Shown here one piece after another: positions 27,525 through 37,096 of a DNA stretch of 64,000 bases (position 1 is its first letter; each line of letters begins with the position of its first letter). The notes under the pieces are model-generated. The model did no database searches, was not told where the DNA came from, and saw only the letters and a program-made list of their open reading frames with translations. This stretch comes from an uncultured Heliobacteriaceae bacterium. Lineage in GTDB: Bacteria; Acidobacteriota; Blastocatellia; RBC074. The stretch is taken from contig CAZWAK010000010.1 of the NCBI GenBank assembly GCA_964631865.1, forward strand, positions 10,949 to 74,948, in the 5' to 3' direction. The translations under genes and the position numbers were made by a program.

Positions 27525-29548
27525 AAATAATTGCAATTGTTCAAGCCCGTATGGGGTCTATGCGCCTTCCAAACAAGGTAATGAAGCCTATTTGTGGGAC
27601 CCCACTTATTGAATTATTGCTCTCTCGGTTGTCAAAGGCGAAAGAAGTTGATCAAATTATTGTTGCAACCTCTGTGGAGGAACATAATCTACCGTTAGTC
27701 GAGTATGTGCGGAACCTTGGTTATGCCTGTGAGCAAGGCAGCGAAAATGATGTGTTGGACCGCTTTGTGCAAGTTGTACGCGCATATCCGGCCGATGTAA
27801 TTGTTCGTATTACGGGTGATTGTCCTTTAGTAGACCCTGGGCTGGTTGATGAAGCTATTCGACTGTTTAAAAGTAGCGAGGTTGATTACTGTAGTAACAT
27901 CGCGCCACCAAGTTATCCCGATGGCTTAGATATTGAAGTTTGTACAGTCAATGCCTTAGCTCAAGCTTGGGCAGAGTCACAAAAGCCTTTTGATCGTGAG
28001 CATGTGACCCCTTACCTACGTGAACCAGGGCGTTTCAAAACAGCATCCATGCAACATCATGAAAACTTATCTGGATTGCGTTGGACGGTAGACGAAGCCG
28101 ATGACTTTGCTGTCATTGAAAAAGTATTCCAACATTTTCACCCTCGTCGAGATTTTACTTGGGAAGAAGTCCTTACCTTGCAAATTCAACAGCCAGATAT
28201 TTTTAATGCGAATCAGCATTTGATTCGTAACGAAGGGGCTATGATGGGAACAGGTCAAAAACTTTGGAAACGTGCCAAACAGGTCATACCTGGTGGCAAT
28301 ATGTTACTCTCCAAACGTGCTGAAATGTTCCTTCCAGAACAATGGCCTGCCTATTTCAGTAAGGCAAAGGGCTGTAAGGTTTGGGATTTAGACGGGAACG
28401 AATACATAGACATGTTCATCATGGGAATTGGCACCAATATTCTTGGTTATGGGCATCCTGAGGTAGATGATGCTGTGCGAAGAACGATTGATGCCGGGAA
28501 TATGTCTACGTTCAATTGTCCCGAAGAAGTTTACTTAGCTGAAAAACTGATTGAGTTACATCCCTGGGCCGATATGGTGCGTTTTGCTCGGTCAGGCGGA
28601 GAAGCGAATGCCATTGCGATTCGAATTGCCCGTGCTGCGTCTGGGAAAGATAAAGTTGCCATTTGTGGGTATCATGGGTGGCACGATTGGTATTTATCCG
28701 CCAATCTTGGAGATGATCAAATCTTAGCTGGACATCTGCTACCTGGCTTGGAGCCAAATGGCGTTCCGAAAAACTTACGCGGGACTGTCTTCCCCTTTAG
28801 CTATAATAATTTTGCTGAACTGGAAACGCTTGTTAATACCCACGACATCGGTGTAATCAAAATGGAGGTGATGCGCAACCTGGGCCCTGAAGACAAATTC
28901 CTCCAGAAAGTAAGGACCCTCGCTTCTGAACGCGGCATCATCTTAATTTTTGATGAATGTACCTCTGGCTTCCGACAAACTTTTGGCGGCTTACATAAAA
29001 TGTATGGGGTTGAGCCTGATATGGCAATGTTTGGGAAAGCTCTCGGCAACGGCTACGGAATTACCGCTACCATTGGTAAGAGGGAGATAATGGAGGCAGC
29101 GCAAACCACATTTATCAGCAGTACTTTCTGGACAGAACGAATTGGACCAACCGCTGCTCTCAAGACGCTTGAGATCATGGAACGTGAAAAGTCCTGGGAG
29201 CGGATCACGCAAACAGGATTAGACATCACTGCTAAGTGGAAATCATTGGCTGAAAAACATGGGATTTCTATTGTTACTAGCGGATTACCTACGCTAACGA
29301 GCTTTTCATTTAAGAGTCCCCAAGGGCTAGCTTATAAAACGCTAATTACGCAAGAAATGCTGGCTCAAGGCTACCTTGCTGGAACCAGTGTTTATGTATG
29401 TACCGAACATACGCCGGAAGTTGTAAATACGTTCTTTCAGATATTAGACCCTGTGTTTGCCATGATAAAGGAGTGTGAAGAAGGAAGGGATGTTAGAGAA
29501 CTGCTTAAAGGACCAGTTTGTCATGGTGGGTTTAAAAGGCTGAATTGA
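27521..29548 (+). CDS. bifunctional fusion: N-terminal acylneuraminate/pseudaminic acid cytidylyltransferase (PseF/SpsF-like, ~230 aa) + C-terminal class-III aminotransferase (glutamate-1-semialdehyde aminomutase-like, ~430 aa)
   Basis: N-term MKIIAIVQARMGSMRLPNKVMKPICG (CMP-sugar cytidylyltransferase motif); C-term RSGGEANAIAIRIARA, CGYHGWHDW, FDECTSGFR, FGKALGNG class-III AT signatures. Confidence 0.75.
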   Translation: MKIIAIVQARMGSMRLPNKVMKPICGTPLIELLLSRLSKAKEVDQIIVATSVEEHNLPLVEYVRNLGYACEQGSENDVLDRFVQVVRAYPADVIVRITGDCPLVDPGLVDEAIRLFKSSEVDYCSNIAPPSYPDGLDIEVCTVNALAQAWAESQKPFDREHVTPYLREPGRFKTASMQHHENLSGLRWTVDEADDFAVIEKVFQHFHPRRDFTWEEVLTLQIQQPDIFNANQHLIRNEGAMMGTGQKLWKRAKQVIPGGNMLLSKRAEMFLPEQWPAYFSKAKGCKVWDLDGNEYIDMFIMGIGTNILGYGHPEVDDAVRRTIDAGNMSTFNCPEEVYLAEKLIELHPWADMVRFARSGGEANAIAIRIARAASGKDKVAICGYHGWHDWYLSANLGDDQILAGHLLPGLEPNGVPKNLRGTVFPFSYNNFAELETLVNTHDIGVIKMEVMRNLGPEDKFLQKVRTLASERGIILIFDECTSGFRQTFGGLHKMYGVEPDMAMFGKALGNGYGITATIGKREIMEAAQTTFISSTFWTERIGPTAALKTLEIMEREKSWERITQTGLDITAKWKSLAEKHGISIVTSGLPTLTSFSFKSPQGLAYKTLITQEMLAQGYLAGTSVYVCTEHTPEVVNTFFQILDPVFAMIKECEEGRDVRELLKGPVCHGGFKRLN

Positions 29549-29554
29549 GGTCTT

Positions 29555-30655
29555 ATGCGCCAGCATTTAGCTATTCGTGCAGATAGTGATACTCGCAAAG
29601 GGGTAGGCCATGTAATGCGGATGCTGGCGCTGGCTCAAAGCTGGAAATCAAGAGTTGGTCGAGTCACATTTATCACCAGTTGTGAAAGCGTAAGTATTCT
29701 CGCTCGCGTTCAGGCTGAAGGCTTGAGCCTCAAACAAATCAAGCGATTATGTCCTGACGAAGATGATTTGCGAACAACGCTCGAAATCTTGAAAACAATT
29801 GGGGAAGAAGAGAGAGGAAAAAAGTCGAATATATGGATGGTGACCGATGGGTACCATTTTGACGAAGAGTTTCATTCTGGCATTCGTGCCAATGGGTATC
29901 GCCTAATGGTAATGGACGATTTTGCCCATCTTCGACATTATCATGCTGACGTTCTACTTAATCAAAATATTGGTGCAGAACAATTAACGTATCAATGCGA
30001 GAGAGAGACAAAAAGATTACTGGGAACTTCTTATACACTTTTGCGGCCTGAGTTTGGGCAATGGCGCGAGTGGCGTCGCGTGGCCCGAGCGAGGGCTAGT
30101 AAAGTGTTAGTTACTTTGGGCGGCTCTGATCCTGATGGCATAATGTTCAATGTGATTGAGGCTTTGCAGGATAAAAGGTTAAAGAATATAGCAGCCACGA
30201 TCATAATTGGACCCGCTAATCCCAATCTTAGATCATTGCAAGAGACCGCAAAACGCTCTGAAAAAAAAATTCAGTTATTGACCAGTGTTGATAAAGAAAT
30301 GCCTCAATTAATGGCAGAGGCTGATGTGGCAATTTCTGCTGGCGGCAGTACTTGTTGGGAACTGGCGTTTATGGGATTGCCGAGCATTACACTTGTACTT
30401 GCCGAAAATCAAAGACGAATAGCAGAGGGATTGGCTGCGGTTGGCGTTTTTGTTAACTTCGGGGAAGCCACAAATGTTAGCCCAGGAAGCTTGGCAGAAA
30501 GACTTGAAGAGCTTCTAAGTGATTCAGAAAAGCGACAGCAGATGAGCGATCAGGGGCGGTGCTTGATTGATGGGAAAGGGGCTGAACGAGTAGTTGCTGA
30601 ATTGTCTGGTAAGAAAATGAACTGTACATTATATGCGCATTCTCTTTCTAGGTAA
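29555..30655 (+). CDS. pseG: UDP-2,4-diacetamido-2,4,6-trideoxy-beta-L-altropyranose hydrolase PseG-like (GT-B fold, MurG-like)
   Basis: MRQHLAIRADSDTRKGVGHVMRMLALAQSW resembles PseG N-terminus; C-terminal GGSTCWELAFMGLPSI glycosyltransferase-28 C-domain motif. Confidence 0.65.
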   Translation: MRQHLAIRADSDTRKGVGHVMRMLALAQSWKSRVGRVTFITSCESVSILARVQAEGLSLKQIKRLCPDEDDLRTTLEILKTIGEEERGKKSNIWMVTDGYHFDEEFHSGIRANGYRLMVMDDFAHLRHYHADVLLNQNIGAEQLTYQCERETKRLLGTSYTLLRPEFGQWREWRRVARARASKVLVTLGGSDPDGIMFNVIEALQDKRLKNIAATIIIGPANPNLRSLQETAKRSEKKIQLLTSVDKEMPQLMAEADVAISAGGSTCWELAFMGLPSITLVLAENQRRIAEGLAAVGVFVNFGEATNVSPGSLAERLEELLSDSEKRQQMSDQGRCLIDGKGAERVVAELSGKKMNCTLYAHSLSR

Positions 30656-31430
30656 CAATTGGGTTGGGTGGAAAATTGCTGAATGGCTAGGAGCACAAGG
30701 AGAGCAGCTTGTTGGGTTAGTATTGCATCCAGAGGGAAAACAAAAGTATGGAGATGCAATTATCAGGAGTACGAAAGTCAATGCTAAGCACATTTTCGAT
30801 GGCGCAAAGTTGCGTGAATCTGAGATCGTTAATGCGATCAAGAATTTGAAGCCAGATATTGGTATCTCTGCCTTGTTTGGCTACATTCTAAAACGAGAGA
30901 TTCTGGAGCTACTGCCCGCTGGGTGCTTAAATATTCACCCTTCACTTTTGCCGTGGAACCGGGGTTCTTTTCCTAACGTTTGGAGCATTATTGATGGTAC
31001 ACCTGCCGGTGTTACGCTTCATTATCTTGACGAAGGTATTGATACGGGTGACATAGTTGCTCAGCGTGAAATACCTGTTACTATTACAGATACGGGTGGT
31101 AGTTTATATAGACGCTTGGAGATGTCATGTGTTGAATTATTTGCCGAAACCTGGCCGCAGATAAAGAGCGGTAATGCTCCACGCTTTTCGCAGACTAAGG
31201 AAGGCGGAACCTCGCATAAAGTAAAGGATGTTGAGAAAATAGATGAGATTGATTTAAGTAAAAGTTATCAAGCTAAAGATCTTATAAACCTGATACGAGC
31301 ACGTACCTTTCCCCCTTACACCGGAGCGTGGGTCAGAGATGGTGAGAAAAAGGTCTATCTGCAATTGCGAATGTTATACGAAGAAGAGTTAAAGAATGAG
31401 GGTAGGAATAACAATGGCACCTCAGATTGA
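30633..31430 (+). CDS. formyltransferase family protein (Fmt/PurN-like N-domain)
   Basis: MRILFLGNNWVGWKIAEWL ... LNIHPSLLPWNRG (HxSLLP formyltransferase active site region). Confidence 0.7.
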   Translation: MRILFLGNNWVGWKIAEWLGAQGEQLVGLVLHPEGKQKYGDAIIRSTKVNAKHIFDGAKLRESEIVNAIKNLKPDIGISALFGYILKREILELLPAGCLNIHPSLLPWNRGSFPNVWSIIDGTPAGVTLHYLDEGIDTGDIVAQREIPVTITDTGGSLYRRLEMSCVELFAETWPQIKSGNAPRFSQTKEGGTSHKVKDVEKIDEIDLSKSYQAKDLINLIRARTFPPYTGAWVRDGEKKVYLQLRMLYEEELKNEGRNNNGTSD

Positions 31431-32466
31431 AATTAACGGAAAAGAACTGGGAGCAGGCCATCCAGTATACATTATAGCCGAGATGTCCGCTAACCATAAT
31501 CATAGTTTTGATGAGGCCGTGCGAATCCTCCACGCGGCGAAGGAATCAGGAGCGGATGCAATTAAGTTGCAAACTTATACACCCGATACTATTACTATTA
31601 ACGCGAACAATGAGTATTTTCAGATAGGAAAGGGTTCGATCTGGGAGGGGCGCAATTTATATGATCTTTATGGTGAAGCATATACACCTTGGGAATGGCA
31701 GCCTGATCTAAAAAAGATTGCTGATCAGATTGGAATTGATATATTTTCTAGCCCATTTGATCACACTGCTATAGAGTTTCTGGAAAAAATGGGGGTTCCC
31801 GCTTATAAAATAGCTTCGTTTGAAATTGTGGATTTACCCTTGATTCGCAAGGTTGCTGAAACAGGTAAACCGGTCATTATGTCTACAGGAATGGCTACTT
31901 TAAGTGAGATAGAGGAAGCCGTAATTACTTTCCATAAAGCAGGTGGAAACCAATTAGCATTGCTGAAATGCACAAGTGCTTACCCAGCACCGCCAGATGA
32001 AATGAACCTCAGAACAATTCCACATCTTGCAGCAGCGTTCAACGTTCCGACAGGGCTTTCTGACCATACACTTGGCATTGCCGTTCCTGTGGCGGCTGTT
32101 GCTTTGGGAGCTTGTATCATCGAAAAGCATTTCACTCTGACTCGCTCAGTTCCGGGCCCTGATAGCGCGTTTTCGCTGGAGCCGCAGGAGTTTAAAGCGA
32201 TGGTCGAAGCTATTCGTATGGCTGAGAGTGCGGTTGGCTCTGTATATTATGGAGTAAACGCACGTGAAGCTACGAGTCGGGTTTTTCGGCGCTCCTTATT
32301 CGTTGTCAAAGACATGAAAGAGGGAGAAGCGTTCACCACCGAGAATGTCCGCTCAATTCGCCCTGGCTATGGACTACATACTCGTTATCTTGAGGAAGTA
32401 ATTGGACGCCACGCTAGTAAAGAGCTAAGTCGTGGTACACCATTGGATTGGCAATTTATTGCCTGA
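31414..32466 (+). CDS. pseI: pseudaminic acid synthase PseI / N-acetylneuraminate synthase (NeuB) family
   Basis: MAPQIEINGKELGAGHPVYIIAEMSANHNHSFDEAVRILHAAKESGADAIKLQTY is canonical NeuB/PseI; C-terminal SAF domain. Confidence 0.85.
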   Translation: MAPQIEINGKELGAGHPVYIIAEMSANHNHSFDEAVRILHAAKESGADAIKLQTYTPDTITINANNEYFQIGKGSIWEGRNLYDLYGEAYTPWEWQPDLKKIADQIGIDIFSSPFDHTAIEFLEKMGVPAYKIASFEIVDLPLIRKVAETGKPVIMSTGMATLSEIEEAVITFHKAGGNQLALLKCTSAYPAPPDEMNLRTIPHLAAAFNVPTGLSDHTLGIAVPVAAVALGACIIEKHFTLTRSVPGPDSAFSLEPQEFKAMVEAIRMAESAVGSVYYGVNAREATSRVFRRSLFVVKDMKEGEAFTTENVRSIRPGYGLHTRYLEEVIGRHASKELSRGTPLDWQFIA

Positions 32467-32509
32467 AAAATAAGAAGTTACAAGTAAAGGTAAGAAAATA
32501 AGGATTGAT

Positions 32510-33676
32510 ATGAAACGATGTACTCGTTGTTTAATTCCTGAAACCCACGAGACCTTAATGTTCGATAAATATGGGGTTTGCAATATTTGTCGGCAGATGG
32601 AAATGAAGAAGGCCTTTGTTAACTGGGAGCAACGTAGAATAGATCTAGGCCAACTGATTGAGTCTTATCGCGGAAAATATTCCCATGATTGTATTGTTCC
32701 ATTCAGTGGAGGCAAAGACAGTGCATTTACACTATACCATCTAGTTACTGAGTGGAAAGTGAAACCGCTGGTCGTTCAGTTCGATCATGGCTTTATGCGC
32801 CCCAACTTGCGAGAGAATAATGAACGGGTTTTCAAAAAGTTGGGAGTTGATGTTATCAGCTTCAGACCAAACTGGCACGTGGTGCAAAAATTAATGCTAG
32901 AAAGTTTGAAGCGCAAAGGAGATTTTTGCTGGCATTGTCATACAGGAATATTTTCCTATCCAATGCAACTTGCTGTTAAGTTTAATGTCCCCTTGCTTTT
33001 CTGGGGCGAACCCAGTGCTGAGTATACAAGTTATTATACTTACGCTGAACCTGAAGAAGTAGATGAGCGCCGCTTCAATCGTTTCGTTAATTTAGGTATT
33101 GCTGCAGATGACATGATTGGGATGATAGATGGGGTCGAACCCCGCGATCTTGACCCATTCCGGTATCCAGCACTTAAAGACTTGCGTCGTGTCGGTGTCC
33201 GTTCAGTTTGTTTAGGCAGCTTTATCTCCTGGGATGTAAAAGAGCAGGTGAAACTTATTCAAAGTGAATTGGGGTGGAGCGGTGATGAAGTCGAAGGGGT
33301 GCCAGCGGCATATTCATACGAAAAGATCGAATGTTATATGCAGGGCGTGAGGGATTATTTGAAATACCTGAAGCGTGGCTATGGGCGAACTGCTCACTTG
33401 GCAAGTATTGATATTCGCAATGAACGTTTGACACGGGAAGAAGGACTGAAGCTGATGAAAGAATATGATGGCAAAAAACCAGCCAGCCTTGACCTTTTCC
33501 TCAATTATGTGGGCATTACCGAAGATGAGTTTCATGACATTGCAATGCAGCATATGGTTGAACCCTGGGTTCCCGACTTAGTAAAAATTGAGAGGGGCAA
33601 ACCATTGCATGATCATGATAAATGGGACAATACATCCGCATTACGTGCAAATAATGCAGGGAAAGTGAATTCCTGA
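32510..33676 (+). CDS. N-acetyl sugar amidotransferase (PP-loop ATP pyrophosphatase, WbuX/PseA family; acetamidino group formation)
   Basis: N-terminal Zn-ribbon CTRCLIPETH...CNIC, PP-loop FSGGKDSAFTLYHL. Confidence 0.8.
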   Translation: MKRCTRCLIPETHETLMFDKYGVCNICRQMEMKKAFVNWEQRRIDLGQLIESYRGKYSHDCIVPFSGGKDSAFTLYHLVTEWKVKPLVVQFDHGFMRPNLRENNERVFKKLGVDVISFRPNWHVVQKLMLESLKRKGDFCWHCHTGIFSYPMQLAVKFNVPLLFWGEPSAEYTSYYTYAEPEEVDERRFNRFVNLGIAADDMIGMIDGVEPRDLDPFRYPALKDLRRVGVRSVCLGSFISWDVKEQVKLIQSELGWSGDEVEGVPAAYSYEKIECYMQGVRDYLKYLKRGYGRTAHLASIDIRNERLTREEGLKLMKEYDGKKPASLDLFLNYVGITEDEFHDIAMQHMVEPWVPDLVKIERGKPLHDHDKWDNTSALRANNAGKVNS

Positions 33677-34293
33677 TGATAGCAGTTCTTGATTACGGAT
33701 CAGGCAACCTCCATTCGGTGCGTAGCGCATTAGAAGTGATAGGCGTAAATGCCCGCATTACCCGGAAGCCCGAAGATTTGCGCAAAGCTGATCATATTAT
33801 CTTGCCGGGAGTTGGAGCATTCAGTGAATGTTTGAAAAATCTAAAAGATTCAGGAATGGTGGGTGCTTTGGAAGAAGAAGTGTTGGAAAGAGGGAAACCA
33901 TTTTATGGAATTTGCGTCGGTTTGCAAGTGTTGGCCCGCGAGGGACATGAATTTGGAATCCATCCGGGATTGGGATGGGTGCCGGGTGTCGTCAAAAGAT
34001 TTGAAGTCGAGAGTCTGGGGCTAAAAGTTCCACATGTAGGATGGAATGAAATCATTACCACACTGAAATCCCCGCTCTTTAATGGAATTAAGGAAAATGC
34101 GGCATTTTATTTTGTTCACAGTTATCGCTTAGAACTAAGCGATCCGGCCTGGCAAGCGGCGGAATGCGATTATGGAGAGAAATTTACGGCTGCAATCTTG
34201 CACGATAACATTTTCGCTACTCAATTTCATCCCGAAAAAAGCCAAGAGAATGGACTGCGACTCCTTGAAAACTTCTGCAAGTGGAAACCCTAA
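33676..34293 (+). CDS. imidazole glycerol phosphate synthase HisH-like glutamine amidotransferase (WbuY-like)
   Basis: MIAVLDYGSGNLHSVRSALE..., catalytic GICVGLQ and H..E at C-terminus (FATQFHPEKS). Confidence 0.85.
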   Translation: MIAVLDYGSGNLHSVRSALEVIGVNARITRKPEDLRKADHIILPGVGAFSECLKNLKDSGMVGALEEEVLERGKPFYGICVGLQVLAREGHEFGIHPGLGWVPGVVKRFEVESLGLKVPHVGWNEIITTLKSPLFNGIKENAAFYFVHSYRLELSDPAWQAAECDYGEKFTAAILHDNIFATQFHPEKSQENGLRLLENFCKWKP

Positions 34294-34297
34294 TACA

Positions 34298-35053
34298 ATG
34301 TTAAAGAAGCGTATCATTCCTAAGTTATTGCTCAAGAACGGTCGCAATGTGAAGGGGAAAAAATTCATTGATCTGCGAGATACAGGACACCCAGTTACTA
34401 ATGCACGCATCTTTGATGCTCAGGGAGCTGATGAGTTAATGTTCTTAGACATAGCGGCCAGTGCTGAGAACCGAGGGATATTATACGAGACGATTGCAAA
34501 AACTGCTGAAGAGGTATTCATGCCTTTTTGCGTAGGAGGAGGTGTGCGAACAGTTGAGGATGTACGCAACTTACTACTCGCTGGGGCAGATAAAGTTTGC
34601 ATTAATACGGCTGCCGTAGAGATGCCATCACTTATCCAGGATGGTGCCAAGTTATTTGGGGTGCAATGCATGGTCGTATCTATTGACGTCCGGCGTTATG
34701 AAACTAACTGGGAGGTATTCACGCATGGGGGAACGGTTTCAACGGGCATAGATGTTATAGATCATGCTAAGCGAATGGTGAATTTGGGAGCAGGCGAACT
34801 ATTGATAACTTCAATTGATCGAGATGGGACAATGGAAGGTTACGATATAGAACTCATCAATACAATTGCCAATGCCGTAAATGTACCAGTGATTGCTTCA
34901 GGGGGGGCTGGAAATCTACAGCATTTAGTAGATGCCATCAATTATGGTAATGCGTCGGCTGTCGCTGTTGGAAGTTTGTTTAATTTTACTGATCAAAGCC
35001 CTATCAAAGCGCGGTCATTTATGCGTGTTGCTGGGGTAAATGTTCGCGTATAA
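34298..35053 (+). CDS. imidazole glycerol phosphate synthase HisF-like cyclase subunit (WbuZ-like)
   Basis: MLKKRIIPKLLLKNGRNVKGKKF...DEL.FLDI...GGGV (HisF TIM-barrel motifs); start set at ATG 34298. Confidence 0.85.
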   Translation: MLKKRIIPKLLLKNGRNVKGKKFIDLRDTGHPVTNARIFDAQGADELMFLDIAASAENRGILYETIAKTAEEVFMPFCVGGGVRTVEDVRNLLLAGADKVCINTAAVEMPSLIQDGAKLFGVQCMVVSIDVRRYETNWEVFTHGGTVSTGIDVIDHAKRMVNLGAGELLITSIDRDGTMEGYDIELINTIANAVNVPVIASGGAGNLQHLVDAINYGNASAVAVGSLFNFTDQSPIKARSFMRVAGVNVRV

Positions 35054-35062
35054 AGGGGGAAT

Positions 35063-35602
35063 ATGGCAAGAGACAATTATTTTATTCAAGGAGAGCGAAT
35101 ATATTTTCGGGAAGTCCGTCTAACAGATGTTGGAGATACTTATTATCGCTGGATGAATGACATAGAGGTGACTTGTTATCTGGAAAGTAGATTCTTTCCG
35201 AATTCGATTGAACATCTTCGTGAATATGTTGCAAACAAGCAAAATGACAAAAATAATATATTCCTAGCTATAGTTTTAAAGGAAAATGATAGACATATCG
35301 GAAATATCAAGCTTGGTCCGATTGACTGGATACACAGAACAGGAGACATAGGGCTTATCATCGGTGACAAAAGTTGTTGGGGAAAAGGGTATGCAACAGA
35401 ATCTATAAAACTGATGGTTAAATATGGATTCGATATTTTAAATTTGCATAAAATAACCGCCGGATGTTATAGCTGCAATCAAGGGTCGGCAAAGGCATTC
35501 CAGAAAGCTGGTTTTGATATAGAAGGATTACGGAAACAGCAATTTTATTATAATAAGTCATATGTTGATTTGATTATGTTGGGCATTATTAATATAGGGT
35601 AA
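35063..35602 (+). CDS. GNAT family N-acetyltransferase (RimL-like; PseH candidate)
   Basis: acetyl-CoA binding GDKSCWGKGYATE; located at end of Pse block. Confidence 0.65.
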   Translation: MARDNYFIQGERIYFREVRLTDVGDTYYRWMNDIEVTCYLESRFFPNSIEHLREYVANKQNDKNNIFLAIVLKENDRHIGNIKLGPIDWIHRTGDIGLIIGDKSCWGKGYATESIKLMVKYGFDILNLHKITAGCYSCNQGSAKAFQKAGFDIEGLRKQQFYYNKSYVDLIMLGIINIG

Positions 35603-35732
35603 TTTTTCTAGTACAGCGAATTTTAAGTTTCTTAACGTAATAAAGCCATTTTCTACGATAAAACTTAAAATTCGCTGTACTATTGACTCGATACTTATAA
35701 ATTCAGAGTTACCTAAGTAAAGAGCATTTTTT

Positions 35733-37049
35733 GTGAAAGCAGATTTATTATTTTCACCATCTATTTTCGTACTATCCCGATATATCGCGGTTGGTATAGC
35801 TGCAGGCGAGGCATTTTTATTTGCATACATCTTAGGAGTTGATAGCTATGGGCAATATGCAGTGATAATGCAAATAGCTAACTCACTTGTAATGTTGGGC
35901 TTTGGAAATGCTTCGGGTTATATATATGCTTTTTATAAAAATTCGTTAGGTGATAATAATGAGGTTTATAAATTAGTCTCGCTATTACAATATTTGATAG
36001 GCGCGGGAGTGCTAGCCCTAGCATTATTAATAGCAAAGCCTCAGTTCTTAGCTAGTATTTTTATCTTTCTAATACAGGTCCCTTATTTAATTACTGAGCC
36101 TCTGTTTAGGGTAAAAAATATGTTTGTTGTTCCTGTGATCGGTAAAGGGATGGGCTCATTGATGACTATACTATTAATTAGTATATTTTACTTCTCGCAA
36201 GTAAATGCAGAGTCGGGCAGAATTAGTATTAATACATCAATAATGATTGTACTGTTTGGTAATTTTCTCGGATACGGCATTTACTATCTTAGTATATTTT
36301 GGGTAAGAGGTGTGAAAGTAGAATCGCTAATAGACTTTTTAAGCTTAAAAGCTTTGATTATTAGGGATAGAGTGGTTAATTATTGGTTTTCCATACAAAA
36401 ACCAGGGATATTGATCAGTTCTTCAAGCCTAGTTTTTATGTTCTTTATGAATGTGGATCGGCTATTTATTGAGCATTTTCACCGACCAGAAATACTCAGT
36501 GTGTATTCGTTGGCTTGGCAGCTTTCACAAGGAGCCTGCTTGCTATTAACGTCATTAAATCTAATGTCGAATATACGAATTGGGCAGAAAATATCGGGTT
36601 CAAGTACTGATAAAGAGTTAACTCGCCTTTTAAAAAAGGAGCTTCTGATAACGTTTTACACTGGGTTTTCGGTTTTTGTTGCACTTGTGTGTGCAAGTTA
36701 TATTCTAAGCAAGTTGATATATAAAGATTATTATGATTTGGTTAGGATAACGGCATTAGTAGGTGGTGGCTATTTGAGCATATATATCGCCAGTGCTGTC
36801 ACGGGTTTGTTGACATACGAAGGTCATAATCTAGGGCTTGTGATTAGCTGGGCTATTGCACTATGTATGTCTCTTGGATTTAATTTATTATCAATACGTT
36901 ATGATTTATGGTATGGGAACGCAGTTGCAATGACATCGTTTATTCTCATACTACAAAGCTTGTGGCTCATAGCTTACACCTATCTTGCCTTGAAAAAGAG
37001 GAAATGCAATTATATTACAATGACCAATGGCTATATATATAAAACATAA
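35733..37049 (+). CDS. wzx: oligosaccharide flippase (Wzx/MOP superfamily) candidate
   Basis: ~438 aa, 10-12 predicted TM helices, very AT-rich coding sequence, position in O-unit cluster. Confidence 0.5.
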   Translation: MKADLLFSPSIFVLSRYIAVGIAAGEAFLFAYILGVDSYGQYAVIMQIANSLVMLGFGNASGYIYAFYKNSLGDNNEVYKLVSLLQYLIGAGVLALALLIAKPQFLASIFIFLIQVPYLITEPLFRVKNMFVVPVIGKGMGSLMTILLISIFYFSQVNAESGRISINTSIMIVLFGNFLGYGIYYLSIFWVRGVKVESLIDFLSLKALIIRDRVVNYWFSIQKPGILISSSSLVFMFFMNVDRLFIEHFHRPEILSVYSLAWQLSQGACLLLTSLNLMSNIRIGQKISGSSTDKELTRLLKKELLITFYTGFSVFVALVCASYILSKLIYKDYYDLVRITALVGGGYLSIYIASAVTGLLTYEGHNLGLVISWAIALCMSLGFNLLSIRYDLWYGNAVAMTSFILILQSLWLIAYTYLALKKRKCNYITMTNGYIYKT

Positions 37050-37096
37050 AGCCTAAGTGTGAATACTATATTATTTAATAGCAAGTTGTTGCCCAT

